Origin: Halocafeteria seosinensis
Taxonomy: Eukaryota
Reading direction: 5' to 3'
Length of the DNA: 41,765 nucleotides
NCBI GenBank assembly: GCA_001687465.1
Contig: LVLI01000590.1
Span: 1-41,765 of the forward strand
Position 1 is the first letter of the stretch. Each line of letters opens with the position of its first letter. A program made the position numbers and the translations under genes. Positions 23,380 to 37,500 of this stretch are shown in pieces. Below the pieces are notes generated by a model. That model was not told the DNA's origin. It was given only the letters and a program-made list of their open reading frames with translations, and did not search any database.

Positions 23380-26063
23380 CTGGTACCAACATATGGCTTG
23401 AACGCCAATGAGAGCTTAATAAATCCGCTCTCGACATTCTTCAATTTGAATTCTCCCGTAAAAGCGTACCGCTCAAACTTAGCAAGGTCCTTGATGGAAA
23501 ACTCCGTCTCACCCATTAAATCGTGAGACTTCGTAAGGTCCTCATCGTACACAGTTACGAACAGTTTTTGAGTGGAAAGATCAGAGATGAAAAACTCAAA
23601 AGTCTGCATTAATATATCCAAGTCGATTACAAGGCGATATTTCATCGACAACGTATTCTTACCTCGTTCCACTTAGGGTGCAGAGTATTGCCCCGTACAG
23701 ATGTGTAGCGCGTCTGATCAGCTACTTTCACTCGAACATACGGGTCCGATGTTCCAATAGTATCGGCGTTAACTAGTTCACGGGCTTCTGCGATGGTTAC
23801 AAACAAGTAACCCTGCGTTTTGGTTTTCACTTCCTTCTTGGTAACCTCGAGACCCGTGGCAGCAAATTCCTCGTAAGACACTGCCGTCTGACCCGGAGAG
23901 ACAAGGAGAGCAGGATCATCTCTGCTCCGCCTCCTTTCTAAGTGTCGACGACGCAGCTGGCTTGGGGGACTAAACAATTCTCGTTGGACACCGTTCTCAG
24001 GGGCGGGAGAAGCGGGCGGTTCCTCCGTATTGCCGTTCGTTGACAGGGGTAAATGATTAGGGGCTGTTTTGAAAATATGAAGAGCAACAGCCGTACGAGT
24101 ACTACAACTCCACACAACACAATTATGCCGCGACATACCTAAGTCTGTGTCTGATGAAAATGGCAAAAACTCAATGGAAAATTTTATTTTCAGCTCCGGA
24201 AACGTTGTCGGTGAGACGGAGTAGTGTTCCTGTTAACTCGCATCGGCAACAAAAATATGTATGATAGAACGATAGCCACCAAATATACACTTCCTTACGA
24301 TATTGTTATGCGGCCCTCTACTAAAGACCCTTGAAAGCGGAACGACGCACGATCCTAGGAGTCTCTCCTCTGGGCTTCCGAAAAACCGGCGACATTTCCG
24401 GTGAATGTTAATCTGTAAGAAAGAGCTCAGAGATTGCCCCGAAGAAACAAGAAATTTCAAGTTTTGGGAAAAGGATGGCTCTAGCGTGTCTGTGGAATTA
24501 GGAGAAAACACTGGAGACTTGTGCACATCGTCCTCATAAGCCAGGGACAGGAACAAGTCTTCGCAGGCGGCGTCCGTTTCATCCTTCCCTTCTTGTCGCA
24601 GACGGGACCGGGCGTGTTCCTCATCAATATTTACACATTTTAGAGTGAAGTGAATCACTCCTTTCATTTCTTCAGCGAGTTTTTCGGCTTCATTCCGTGG
24701 AGATAACAATTCCTCCGGGGGGATGATCGGTATGCACAGCCTGTCGGGAAGTATCATCTCTCCGAACAATGCGTTCCTAACGGCAGTTGTGAGAAGGCTC
24801 TTCAATAAAGGCAGCGACATTATGTCAAGTCTTCGAGAGAAGGCACTGAGGCCAAAGTCTATCCGAGGGGAATCTACCTGCAAATAGAGATATGAGTCCA
24901 CTATCTAATCAGAGGGCAAACCCCAATACACTAATTTACCACGTACCATGCTTAAATAGATGTTTTGAAACCAAGGCGAATGAGCCACAAGGGGCTCAAA
25001 CGCGGCACGCAATGTGCCCTGAATCAAGAGGTCATCCAAATTGATATGAAAGCTCGGCGTGTGAAGCATTCGAACGCATAGCTCTACATCAATGTCGCCA
25101 CCAAAGCGAAAGTGTATGTCCATCCAAAACGCATCAGATCGTGGTATAGAGTGTTCAACTCCTTCAATGACGAAAGGAAAGTCACCGAAGGAAAGCTTGG
25201 ATACCTGGATACAGCGAGCGACGGATGCAGGTCCAACTCACATGGCCAGAGGCCTTGGGACAGTTGATAGCGTACCGACATATGTTGGAACTGATGAGGT
25301 TTTCCACTCGTCAAAAGCTCCGTGAGTTGCTGCTTGAACTGCAATAACATAAATGATCCAATTAATTCAGACATGCAAACGCCCTTGTCGGATAGACGCG
25401 ACCGACCTGTGGCTCCAAGTCTGTTGGATAAAATTCAATCGAAAGAAGATTAGTCAATCATAAAGGCGTGGGAGGAGACATTTTCGACTACTAGAAACGA
25501 ACCTTTTCGAAAGAACGGCCACATCTGGTTGATAAGATTATTCAACCATACTACTCGTTCCTGTGCAAGGAGCCCACCACTAGTAATTGACACAAGTAGC
25601 ATGCTCGGCGGTGAGTCTATTCTTACCACATTCGAGTGTCTCAGCCATACTGGATGAAGGTGCGCAGGTAGCTTTCGAAAATCCTTCTCCTCCAAGGGGC
25701 GCCGCAGGAGCTGTCGCTCCATAGGTTTAACTCGTTTGGCCACGTAGTCCAAATAGCAGATCCAGCCCACCAGTAGGACATATATCCAGAATGAGTATCC
25801 ATAGTAAGCCCACCTGCTCCTTGAGATCGTTAGCCTACATCAACATATAGCCTTCAGGCAAGTACACAACACTAATATACGTACCAATATAGGAACGTCG
25901 ACGCTACAGTTAATAGCACAAATCGCAGAGCTAACGTGGAGAGTTCCCCTGAAGGCTTCAGGTCATCCAAGGAAGGAAAATCCACCATTGCTTCTTCTGC
26001 GCGCTTCGACAACGCTAAGGGCAAGTCAATCACTTGGTGCAATGTTGTTCGAAGAGTGTGCAA
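23376..26063 (-). CDS. Extended synaptotagmin/tricalbin-like SMP plus C2-domain membrane protein
   Basis: N-terminal TM region. SMP domain ERVVWLNNLINQMWPF, LSFGDFP, IQGTLR, PRIDF. C2 domain EARELVNADTIGTSDPYV, NTLHPKWNE, VYDED...DLMG. Start is either 26063 or 25988. Confidence 0.9.
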
Positions 26064-26356
26064 TTCAATGTGACAAGTTCTTTACGAAACACCAGAAATA
26101 TAACCAATTGCCTAGTAGTAGACGTATGTATGATGTAGGTACACATTCAAACCAGTCAAGATGCTGTGTTAAAGAGACAAATGTCTGCATTAGTCAACGC
26201 CAATTTGTGAAGCTCATCGAGGATCGCCACTAAACGATACCTATGGTATGCTGTATCGGCCGCAATGGGGCCACTGGATGCAGTTTACCGCACCACATTT
26301 CAGTGGTACACAGTAGTACAATAGCACGGAAAAGAAGAGAGAAGGCTTCCTTGCAG

Positions 26357-26815
26357 TCATGAAGAAGCTGCCTGGGAATTTGCAGTATCAAATTGTGTCA
26401 GAGCTTGGTCCAAGGCATTGGAGATTTCATCACATCCTTCCGCTAGTTGGCTGAGAGCTGTCTGCATGACCTCGTGGGCTGGTGCACCATTTAAAGTTTG
26501 CAGTCTTATATTCATTCGCTTGTCAGAAGGATGGGGTACACTATACCCGCAGAATTCAGTTTGGGGCCTGTGCAGCCAGTAACGCGGCATCACTTCCAGA
26601 CTGAGGTGACATGATTAAACTCGAACTTACTGCCTCATTAACACATGTCGTAAAGCATTGCCTAAAGTATGATCCTCTTTGTCAATGACGTACGTGACAG
26701 AATCCTCCGTCGTACCCTCTATCTGTAGTGCATACATCTGATGTCTCTTGACGTGGCATCCCGGTCCATCTCTTCCACTTACCGCTGCCAATTTGGGCGC
26801 TTCCTCCGTAGCCAT
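26357..26815 (-). CDS. POLR1D: RNA polymerases I/III subunit AC19 (RPAC2/Rpc19); 2 introns
   Basis: [40 protein letters not shown]. Confidence 0.95.
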
Positions 26816-27058
26816 ATTTTCGTCCTTTCCAGTTCCTGTTTACTATCAGAATATCTTCTTCGTATCCATCAATACAGCAAAAGCTGCTTTGAAGAGCAAC
26901 AAGACACAGTTTCTTGCCCGAAGTTCAAAGTGTTTATACCATAGATGGAGTCATGGAGTTGAACTCCTACAGGATTGATTGGTTGATGACTAAAGACGTT
27001 GTCCTTCTATTTGTATGTAGATGCACTAGAGTTTCTTCTCGTAGAAGCAAAAGGGGTG

Positions 27059-27612
27059 ATGTTATCGCGACAAGCAAATATAGAGCCGAAAGCCGTTCGT
27101 CGGCTAGTTAGTCTCCTCCGGGGAAGAAGACCCTCTTTTACACATCAGCCTACGCTTACTCGGAGCTATGTAGGCCGCTATTATGACCTCCATCCGAACG
27201 TGGTATGTATTGGCTGCAAGGTAAATGGCAAGTTGAAGCGTCTAACGCAGTCTGTTTTACACAAATGCAGAGTATGCCAAAGCACCGAAGCAACGCTGAG
27301 GAAATGGTCAACGAGGTTCCTCCTATTAAAGTGAACAAAAAATGGGCAGTATGCGATGGAGGTAAGTATATTTCCCATGTATTTGAAGTGGCTCTACCTT
27401 CCACACACGAGCATCATGATGTGATGTTGCTGTAATGAGGGGGTACAGGTGGAGGAGCTACCGGTCATCCAGCCGAGTGGATTCAATTGGACAACCGAGA
27501 TGGGGCTACCCCTGCCGTGTGCAAATACTGTGGACTTCGATTCGTAATGGACAAGTCTAAAAAGGAAGATGACGATTTGAAGCAAAAGCTTGTATCAAGG
27601 ACGTTTCCGTAA
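27059..27612 (+). CDS. NDUFS6: NADH dehydrogenase Fe-S protein 6 (zf-CHCC); 2 introns
   Basis: NAEEMVNEVPPIKV...AVCDGGGGATGHPAEWIQLD...CKYCGLRF, preceded by a presequence-like N-terminus. Confidence 0.93.
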
Positions 27613-27680
27613 GGTGGATGGTGGCAACCAATAGGGCCTAATAGTGTGGTGGATAGACAGTTGGCAGTAGATTCATAAAT

Positions 27681-29032
27681 TTAACTCAAAGGCTTTATTC
27701 CTAATTGACTCCGTATTCTGTTGGTTTCTTGTACTGAACATTTTATTTCCGTCACTAGACTCGAATCCGCAGGGTTCGTCTTGGAGCGTTTACGAATTTT
27801 GCGTATGCTTACATACGCCTGCGGAAAGGTATCACTGGGTGAGCAAGAAACCACTCCGCCAGGCCTTCGCCTAGAAACAGTAGCAGACGATGATTTTACG
27901 TCCGAAACGTGAGCGGAGTTGCCCTTTCGTACTTTTGAATCGTATTGGGTTAGACCATCTACAACTTGACCATTTTGCGTAATCTTGTCACCAATTGTAG
28001 TTGATCTAACATATCGTCGTACCCGATAAGAGCACTGTGCCCGAATGCTGAACAGAATTTTTCCAAGCAGATCGTGAGCTCGCAAAACCAAGAAAATCCA
28101 TGGGAGATATGCACATACCTATAAATTAAATGCGTGACCAAAGACTTGCACAACGGGCAATGAGGCGGACGGTTCCCTCGAGGATCATTTCTATATTGTT
28201 TTCTATTACTCCTTAGCCATCTTCTGATGCATTTTACATCAAACTTATGAAAACATGGTACGACCTGTAACATGAACAAGTGAAACCCTTGGCGAACACA
28301 TTACCCCAGATAAACTGTCAGTCACACTCACAACTGAGACGGACGCACGAGACATTGGGTGAAGACAGATACTGCAATCATACTCTGAAAGATCTTCTAT
28401 CGCTTCAACTGGATAGGCGCTCATGTCATTCCCATGATCTTGTGCCTCCTTGCGCCTTTTCTTGACGGTCTCTGAAGCTAGATCAGCTATTCCGCGCATG
28501 CCATCCAGGTACTGAATGCAAGAGATGTAGTCAGGGGGAGTCGAACAATTACTGCTATTGCTACTCGCGGCAGCGTGAGGATCCTTCGTCACTCCATCTG
28601 CGTGGGCCGAAACTGGTTCCCCGCGGGTACAAGTGGATTGCACAGCTAAAGCAGCAGACGAGTTGCTGGCACTGTGGGCATCATCTGAAGTCGTTTCTTT
28701 TACATCGTAAAACTCAGCTTCCGAGTCACTAGTATCTCCTTCATCATCATGATCTTGAACCGCAATCGTGGAGCCTGGGTGCCATCTCGCCGTTGCACGA
28801 TCTCTTCGATCGTACGGATTCTCCCGTGGAACAAAGCGACGCAGCCAAGCTGCACGACCAAACCGCACGCAGACGTGCAAGCGTGGCTAAACAATGTAAT
28901 ACGTGCCACGTGCCCAAACCTACCAGAGTTCGAGAGAATTTGCTCCAAATGTCTGGTCAATGCATTCCGAGGAGGTTCCACGACTGGCAGGGATGCTGAA
29001 CAAGATGACGACAACGAATGCCTTCCATTCAT
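27681..29032 (-). CDS. RING-finger protein with a C-terminal HIND-like motif; 3 introns
   Basis: Spliced RING CSICLHPM...VPCFHKFDVKCIRRW...CPLCK. C-terminus CSVQETNRIRSQLGIKPLS*. First exon and start are less certain. Confidence 0.8.
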
Positions 29033-29318
29033 TCTCAGTCCTTTCCTTCCACGCGAACATGTCGTGTATAGCTTCAAACTCTCGAAATAATGCACTTGAT
29101 GTCGTGCAACAGCCTCTGTATAGTGTTGCTAAACTTTGCTTGAAGTTCGCTGATCCCGGGCTGCGAGCCCGGAATTCAGTTCATCAAACTGGCTATTTTC
29201 CTCTCCAAACAAGGAAACATAAAATTCACTTCTCACAAGTTTGTGGAGTTATACGCATGTGGAGTGAGGGAGCGTGTTTTTGAGAGAAAAACGGAGCAGC
29301 AGCGCCCAGAGCAGGACA

Positions 29319-31443
<2,125 letters not shown>

Positions 31444-31498
31444 TTTACTACCAAAACCAAGCATCTTCTTGTTCTTCCACTATCAGCTCTAGGAGTTA

Positions 31499-32715
31499 TT
31501 AACGGGCAATCCTACCTGAGCACCTGCTCAATCCTCTAGCAAGGTGGACGCTGTCCGTCCTATTGAAATCTCGGTTGCGAAGATTTGCTTTTCCATTATT
31601 TATTCTCTTCTGAGACCATGACTCGCCGTTTACATTAGCTACTCCATGCGTGTCAGCGTATGCAGTTCGCGTCTTATTCTGGTAGGTATAAAACTCTGAT
31701 CGCCCGTCTCTCAGCCCGCCACGGAATGCAGGATCCGAGTACGCTTCCGCAGTATGCGCTGGATAAAAATCAAAAGTGTTCGTCCAATTTCTTGAATCTC
31801 TGTAAACTCCTCTTCCAGGAATATCTTTCGGGCGATATTTCTTCATGTCCAGAGACGGTCGTTGTCGTACTTCAGCAGTAGGACCACTGCTACCATACGG
31901 ATTTGGATCGAAATAATCTCTTCGCTCTGTGAGGACTAAATGCAAATCTAGATTAAAAGACCAGCATTGTGAGAAAGGGTGCATATAGTGTCCACATACC
32001 ACCACGGTACATTGGCTGCTCACGACAAGTTTGCTTTTCAGAATCCGAAGGACCAATGTAACCTGTTGTACTGAAAACTCCGCCTCTTCCTCTTCCAACA
32101 TTCTCACGATATTCTGCATCTGTCTTGAAACGACCCGCTCTCGGTCGCTCTGTTTGAGCGTTAGCCCCATGTCGGCCAGGACCTTGACGGAATCCGATAG
32201 CGTCCTCACCGCTCCTACGTGGAGGATCAGAGTCGTATATTGCAGAAAAGAGGCCATTTTGAGTCTGCACCCGAGATCCTTCGCACACTCATACTACTAG
32301 AGATACCCATTCCGGAGTTGCGTACCTTAGGCCTACCGCCCAGATAACTCTTCGCCTCTCCCTGTCTTCTACCCCTAGTCTTTGATACAGCTCCGGTCGT
32401 CGCCGGTCTTGCCTGTTTGGTCCCCAACACACGTTCTTTGTCTGGGATCGACGCTTGCGATGGAATCTGCAACGCCGAGTGTGAAAATTTACAGTTCAGA
32501 GAGTGCTGTCATAGGAAACTTACCGGGTGCATTGCACCTGGGCGACAGTCTTTCCATGTCCCTCTTCCACCTTTAAAGGTGGTATGGTGTTCCGGCCGCT
32601 TGAAAAAGTCTGCGAGGCGATGGGTTTCGGGGACTGCGTATGGATCACCTGGTCCTATGAACCTCGGAGGAAGCAGACAGCCATCGTAATTGGGACGCCT
32701 GTTGCCGTCGCACAT
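31499..32715 (-). CDS. Hypothetical Gly/Arg/Pro/Tyr-rich low-complexity protein; 3 introns
   Basis: Four ORF pieces join in frame through canonical short introns (donors GTAAGT, GTACGC, GTATGT). No domain recognised. Confidence 0.65.
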
Positions 32716-34520
32716 ATTGTACAGGCGCGTCAATGTATCCGCCACAACACAGCCGAGAAAGCAGTACACAGAAGGGCGCGCAACGCTGATTTCGCATATG
32801 GGAAGAATAAATCAATATCACTAGAGAGACCACAACCCAAATCTTTTGACAAGTTTTGTAGCGAGTAAAGGCACGTTGGGCCCTGAGACACCCCACGCCT
32901 GCGCGCGTAAAATGTCCGCAACTCTTCCAGCGGACCTGCAGTTTGCAGACTACTACACTACATTTAGAGTACGAATGGTGGCTGCAAAGTGGACATACAA
33001 CAACCGTATTATACTCTTCAGTAGGACCTGTAGAAGGGTAAGGCTCATGGACGTTGCAGCGAGCAAAGCTTTTCTACTTGATTCAAGTTGATTGGCGTGT
33101 AAGTTCACAGAAGACAGGGATAGTACCATAGTATGATACCATGGAGTTGATACTATGGCCTCCGTATGTTATGAAATCTATCTATAAGAGAAATCGAGAT
33201 ACGTAGGAAGCGCAATCGATATGGAGCTCTACACTGACCGTCTACTAGTACAGTGTTACGAAGTTACACCGTCGTCTTCAACTTCTCTCTGCATCACAGG
33301 ATGGACACGGAATAAACTATCTCATTTCTGCCTCTCCTAGTGTTAGAACAAGTGGATATCAACCGCAGAGCTTCGTGTTGGCCACATGCCATGCGCCAAG
33401 GTTGGCGAGTACACTGCAGCTTTGGGCTCATGCTGCAACGCACATGAATGCAGCTGCATACACGATGGGTTGTACGAAGAGCTCGGGTCATCATCAATGC
33501 GTTAAGTTGACGATTCGCAATTGATATTCTCAGTGCATAATTGTGCAATTCGTATTGAGCGTCCACGTGCATCCAATTTCGCTTCTCAGTAGTAGAGTGT
33601 ATAATTTACATGTACAGTGTATGGCCTACCGGCTGAACATTCAAATTTCGCTTCCTTGCTGAGCTCCTTCGGAATTGAATTCCCCTGGAATTCGAACTTG
33701 CATCTTAGAAGAAGAAACATGATATTTACCATTAAATAGCCGAAAACCATATCCAAGTAGCTACTGGGCCCGCAGACTATGCTAATCTCGCAGAGATTCT
33801 CACTTTCTTCTCTCAGAAGTTCTCCGTTGGCCATAACTTGAAGCAGAGTGGAGTTTTCTCACCTGCGGAGGGCATGACCAGACCGGTTGACACAAGCCCC
33901 CGGCAACGAATAAAAGGAAAATATACCCACACAGTCCATGTTCAGCTCAATTATTTGTAATGAGGCCCGTGTAGACCCATGCTATGGCGCATAAATAGTC
34001 GTCAGAAGGCTCCAACACCATGTAATTTTTCATTTTCTGCGCCTCTTTGGGCGCAGCGGGATATACCAATTTGAAGTTGGAACTTCGATTTGCAGGAATC
34101 GAAGTCGGTAAACATAGGTTCTACAAATGGAAAAGAAGAAATACCCCTCGACATAGTAGAGAAATTGTCGACTGTATTGTCGAGTCTATAAGCATAATTG
34201 CTTTTCTATGATTCTGAAGACTGAACGAGTGTCAGTCTCACTTTTATCGCAAGAAGAACGGGTACGTACTATCTGCTCAAGCTGTGTCCCGAAGATTCCC
34301 TTTTGTAGCCGGTGGCTCTCTTCTTTTGCTATGCTTGTCTCTGTCTTCTCCAAGTGAATGCAAATGGTAATTCGTAAACAGCTATTCCTCAGGAGGGGGG
34401 CAGGGAGGGTATGAACTCGCGCTGGTGTCCTCTGTGAATTGTTAATCCGTGCCAAGTTGTCAACATAACTCGCACGGGGCGCTGGTAGGATTGCGTATGC
34501 TCCATTTTTCTTGTCGTTTA

Positions 34521-37500
34521 ATGCAGAGCTTTAAGATGACAAACTACAAGGCACTTCTCACGTTCGTGCTTTTGGCCCTTGTCGCCTTAATGATCACGGA
34601 GGCTGATGCGCGATGTTGGTGCGGACAGTACCGTTCCACCTACCGCACATGTAGTTGGCGATTCTGGGGCAGATGCTTTCGGTATCGGTATATCACCAGC
34701 TGCCGTAGCTGTAACCCCGGCTATCATAATCGATATTATAATGCCAACAGTTGCCGTGGGTGCACAGCTGGAAATTATTCATCAAGGTCTCGTTCGTGTA
34801 GTTGTTACACATGTAATCATGGTCGGTATTCTTCTGGAAGAGCTAACAGAGCTTGCAGCACCTGCAACGCTGGTAGGTACGCAAACAGCATTAGTCGGGC
34901 CACTGGCTGTCGATCATGCCCCGCTGGGAAATTCAGCACGTCTTCAAGAGCATGGAATGTTAACACTTGCCGATGGTGCGGATCAGGGTACGCCTCCAAC
35001 GCTGGTTCACGGGGTTGTTATGCCTGCGGATGGGGTACCTACGCATCAGGAAATGGTAACAGTCATTGCAGGGGCTGTCCGGCCGGCAGGGCTCATTCAA
35101 GAAACAGACAGACGAGTTGCCCCACCTGTAATGCAGGATATTATGCCAGCGGGACAGGTAACCGCTCCTGTCGCGCGTGTACTAACGGAAAGTATGCTCC
35201 ATCTCGGGGAACTGGGGATTGTCTGTGGTGTAAATATGGACAGTATTCGGGATATGCTGCCCGATACTGTAGCAGCTGTCCTTCTGGACAGTATCTAAAT
35301 GGGCGAGGGTCAAGCATTAGGAGCTGCAGAGTCTGCTCATCAGGATACTACCAGCAATCTGCAGGGCAACGCAGTTGCAGGGCATGCCCTTCGGGGAGAT
35401 ATAATCCATATTCTAGACAGCGAAACGTTAATGCATGCAGATTGTGTCCTAGTGGAAAGTATTATCCTTCTGGTGGTGCCCGATCGATCAATTCGTGCCG
35501 GTGGTGTCCAGCTGGTTACTATGCCTCCTTAGGGGGTCAATCTGCGTGTGCATCGTGCCCTGCTGGACAGTACCAAAACTTCCATGGATCTCGAGGCTGC
35601 TCAGTGTGTACGGCTGGAAAATTCAACCCATATGGAGGACAGTCCTACTGCCGCACATGCCGGGCGGGTTACTCATCAGCAAATAATGCCCGCGGTTGCT
35701 TCAAATGTCCTGAAGGGCAGTATAGTGACCGATCCGGGTCTACATGCAGGCATTGCGCAGCCCACAGGTTTTCAATCCCTGGTTCAAGCAGCTGCAGCTT
35801 ATGCTCACAGCAGCCTGCGATTAGAAGAATGAATACTAACAGTAACAACAAGCCCGTGAAGCCGGCGCTACTGCAATGCCCCCGATTTTGTACAGGAAAC
35901 ACCTTCATGTACAACTTCGGTGACTGCAGATCCTGCCCGTTAGGCACAAAACCACGGTCTAACCGTCTTGGTTGTCTTCGTGTCAAGAATGGTTGCCCCG
36001 CGGGGCGGTACACATACAGGAAAGAAAGCGGAATCATAGAGCTTTGGGAATGCCGAAGCTGTCCGACAGGACAGACGAGTAGAATTGGAGCGACTTCAAG
36101 AAGTGACTGCTACGCTGATAGTTGTGCTGCAGGTTTCTACAAGTCTGGTAGCACTTGCGTAACTTGTCCCTCGGGGACGTACCAAACTAGCACGCATACT
36201 GGAACGAAATGCAGCTACTCATGTCCAAAGGGGAGGTACGGTGCGGGTCGTGGTAAGACTAGCCTGTCAACCGCGTGCATCATGTGTCCCGGTGGGAAGT
36301 ACAATCCCGACGAAGGTAGTTCTGCATCAGCAGCGTGCAAGACTTGCTCTAGCGGATACTACTCTTCCTCTGGAAGTGGAGCGTGCGCTCAGTGTCCTAC
36401 AAACCAGGTTCAACCAAGTAGCGGCAGTTCATCTTGTCTAAGTTGCCCATCTGGGACTGTTAGCAACAGTGCCAAGATTCGGTGTGAAGTTCGGTCGTGC
36501 TCCAAAGGGTACTACTTGAGAGTGATTGGTCATGTTGAAAAGTGCGAACGTTGCCTCCCGGGCCAGTATAAACCAAGTGCCGGGAAGGCGAGTTCTTGTG
36601 TCACTTGTCCTGGAAACTCGGATTCAACATTTGCGTCGAGTACCTGTCGATGCAAAGCCGGTTTTAGGCAAAACAGCTGGAGGCTCCTGTTCGAAGAAGG
36701 GGAAACTAGCCCTATCCGCCGAATGCTTGATGGCCATGATGGGGCAGGCGAATCCCGTACCTTGCCATCAATGGAGGTCACAAGCATGTTGGATGAACAT
36801 TGCCGAGGAGGATCCGGAGTAGCTTGTCATGCTGATCAGGCTATTAAAAACCTATCGCTACCTGTCTTCCCGTATCACATTGAGGGTAACCAGACGTTTG
36901 CTGTTCCACACTCCCTTCATCGCAATTTGAGTCCGAAGAACTTCCGGGGATTACTCCCAGGCTGCAGCAGTTGCCCCTCAGGAACCGTCCAGCCAAGCAC
37001 CGGGAAGACTTCATGCTTAGGGTGTCCTCCGGGCTCGAAGCCGAACTCTGCCAGAACGTTTTGTAGTCTTGAAAGCAATTGCGGCAAGGGACAGCGGTAC
37101 AATACAGGTAGCTACTATGAAGAGTGCGTTTCCTGCGCTGCCGGTAAATTTCAAAGTAGCGCAAGTCATCGTCAAACGCAGTGCACTGAGTGTCCCGCAG
37201 GCAGAGAATCGGCTACAGCAAGCGCTACCTGTATTCCTGAAAGATGCGCAGCAGGAACGCGCTACGATAGTGGAACGAACGATTGTGTGTCATGCCCTAG
37301 CGGACAAATCAAAGCCAGTATCCATGCGCGCGACACAGCCTGCACAGTCTGCTCTGTCGGCAAGTGGAGCAACGCTGGCAAAACAGAGTGCACTTCGTGT
37401 CCAGCAGGCAAGAAACGCGGCAGTGGAGACAACGGCTGTACAGCTTGTGGATCTGGATTTTTCTCAAACAGTGGCTCTTCGAGCTGTAGCGCCTGTGGGA

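Noticed and set aside
32900..34500. Possible gene from minus-strand ORFs 33294-33572, 33586-33834 and 34186-34455
   Set aside because: I could not join them into a stop-free spliced model and found no recognisable motif. Left as unexplained intergenic sequence.
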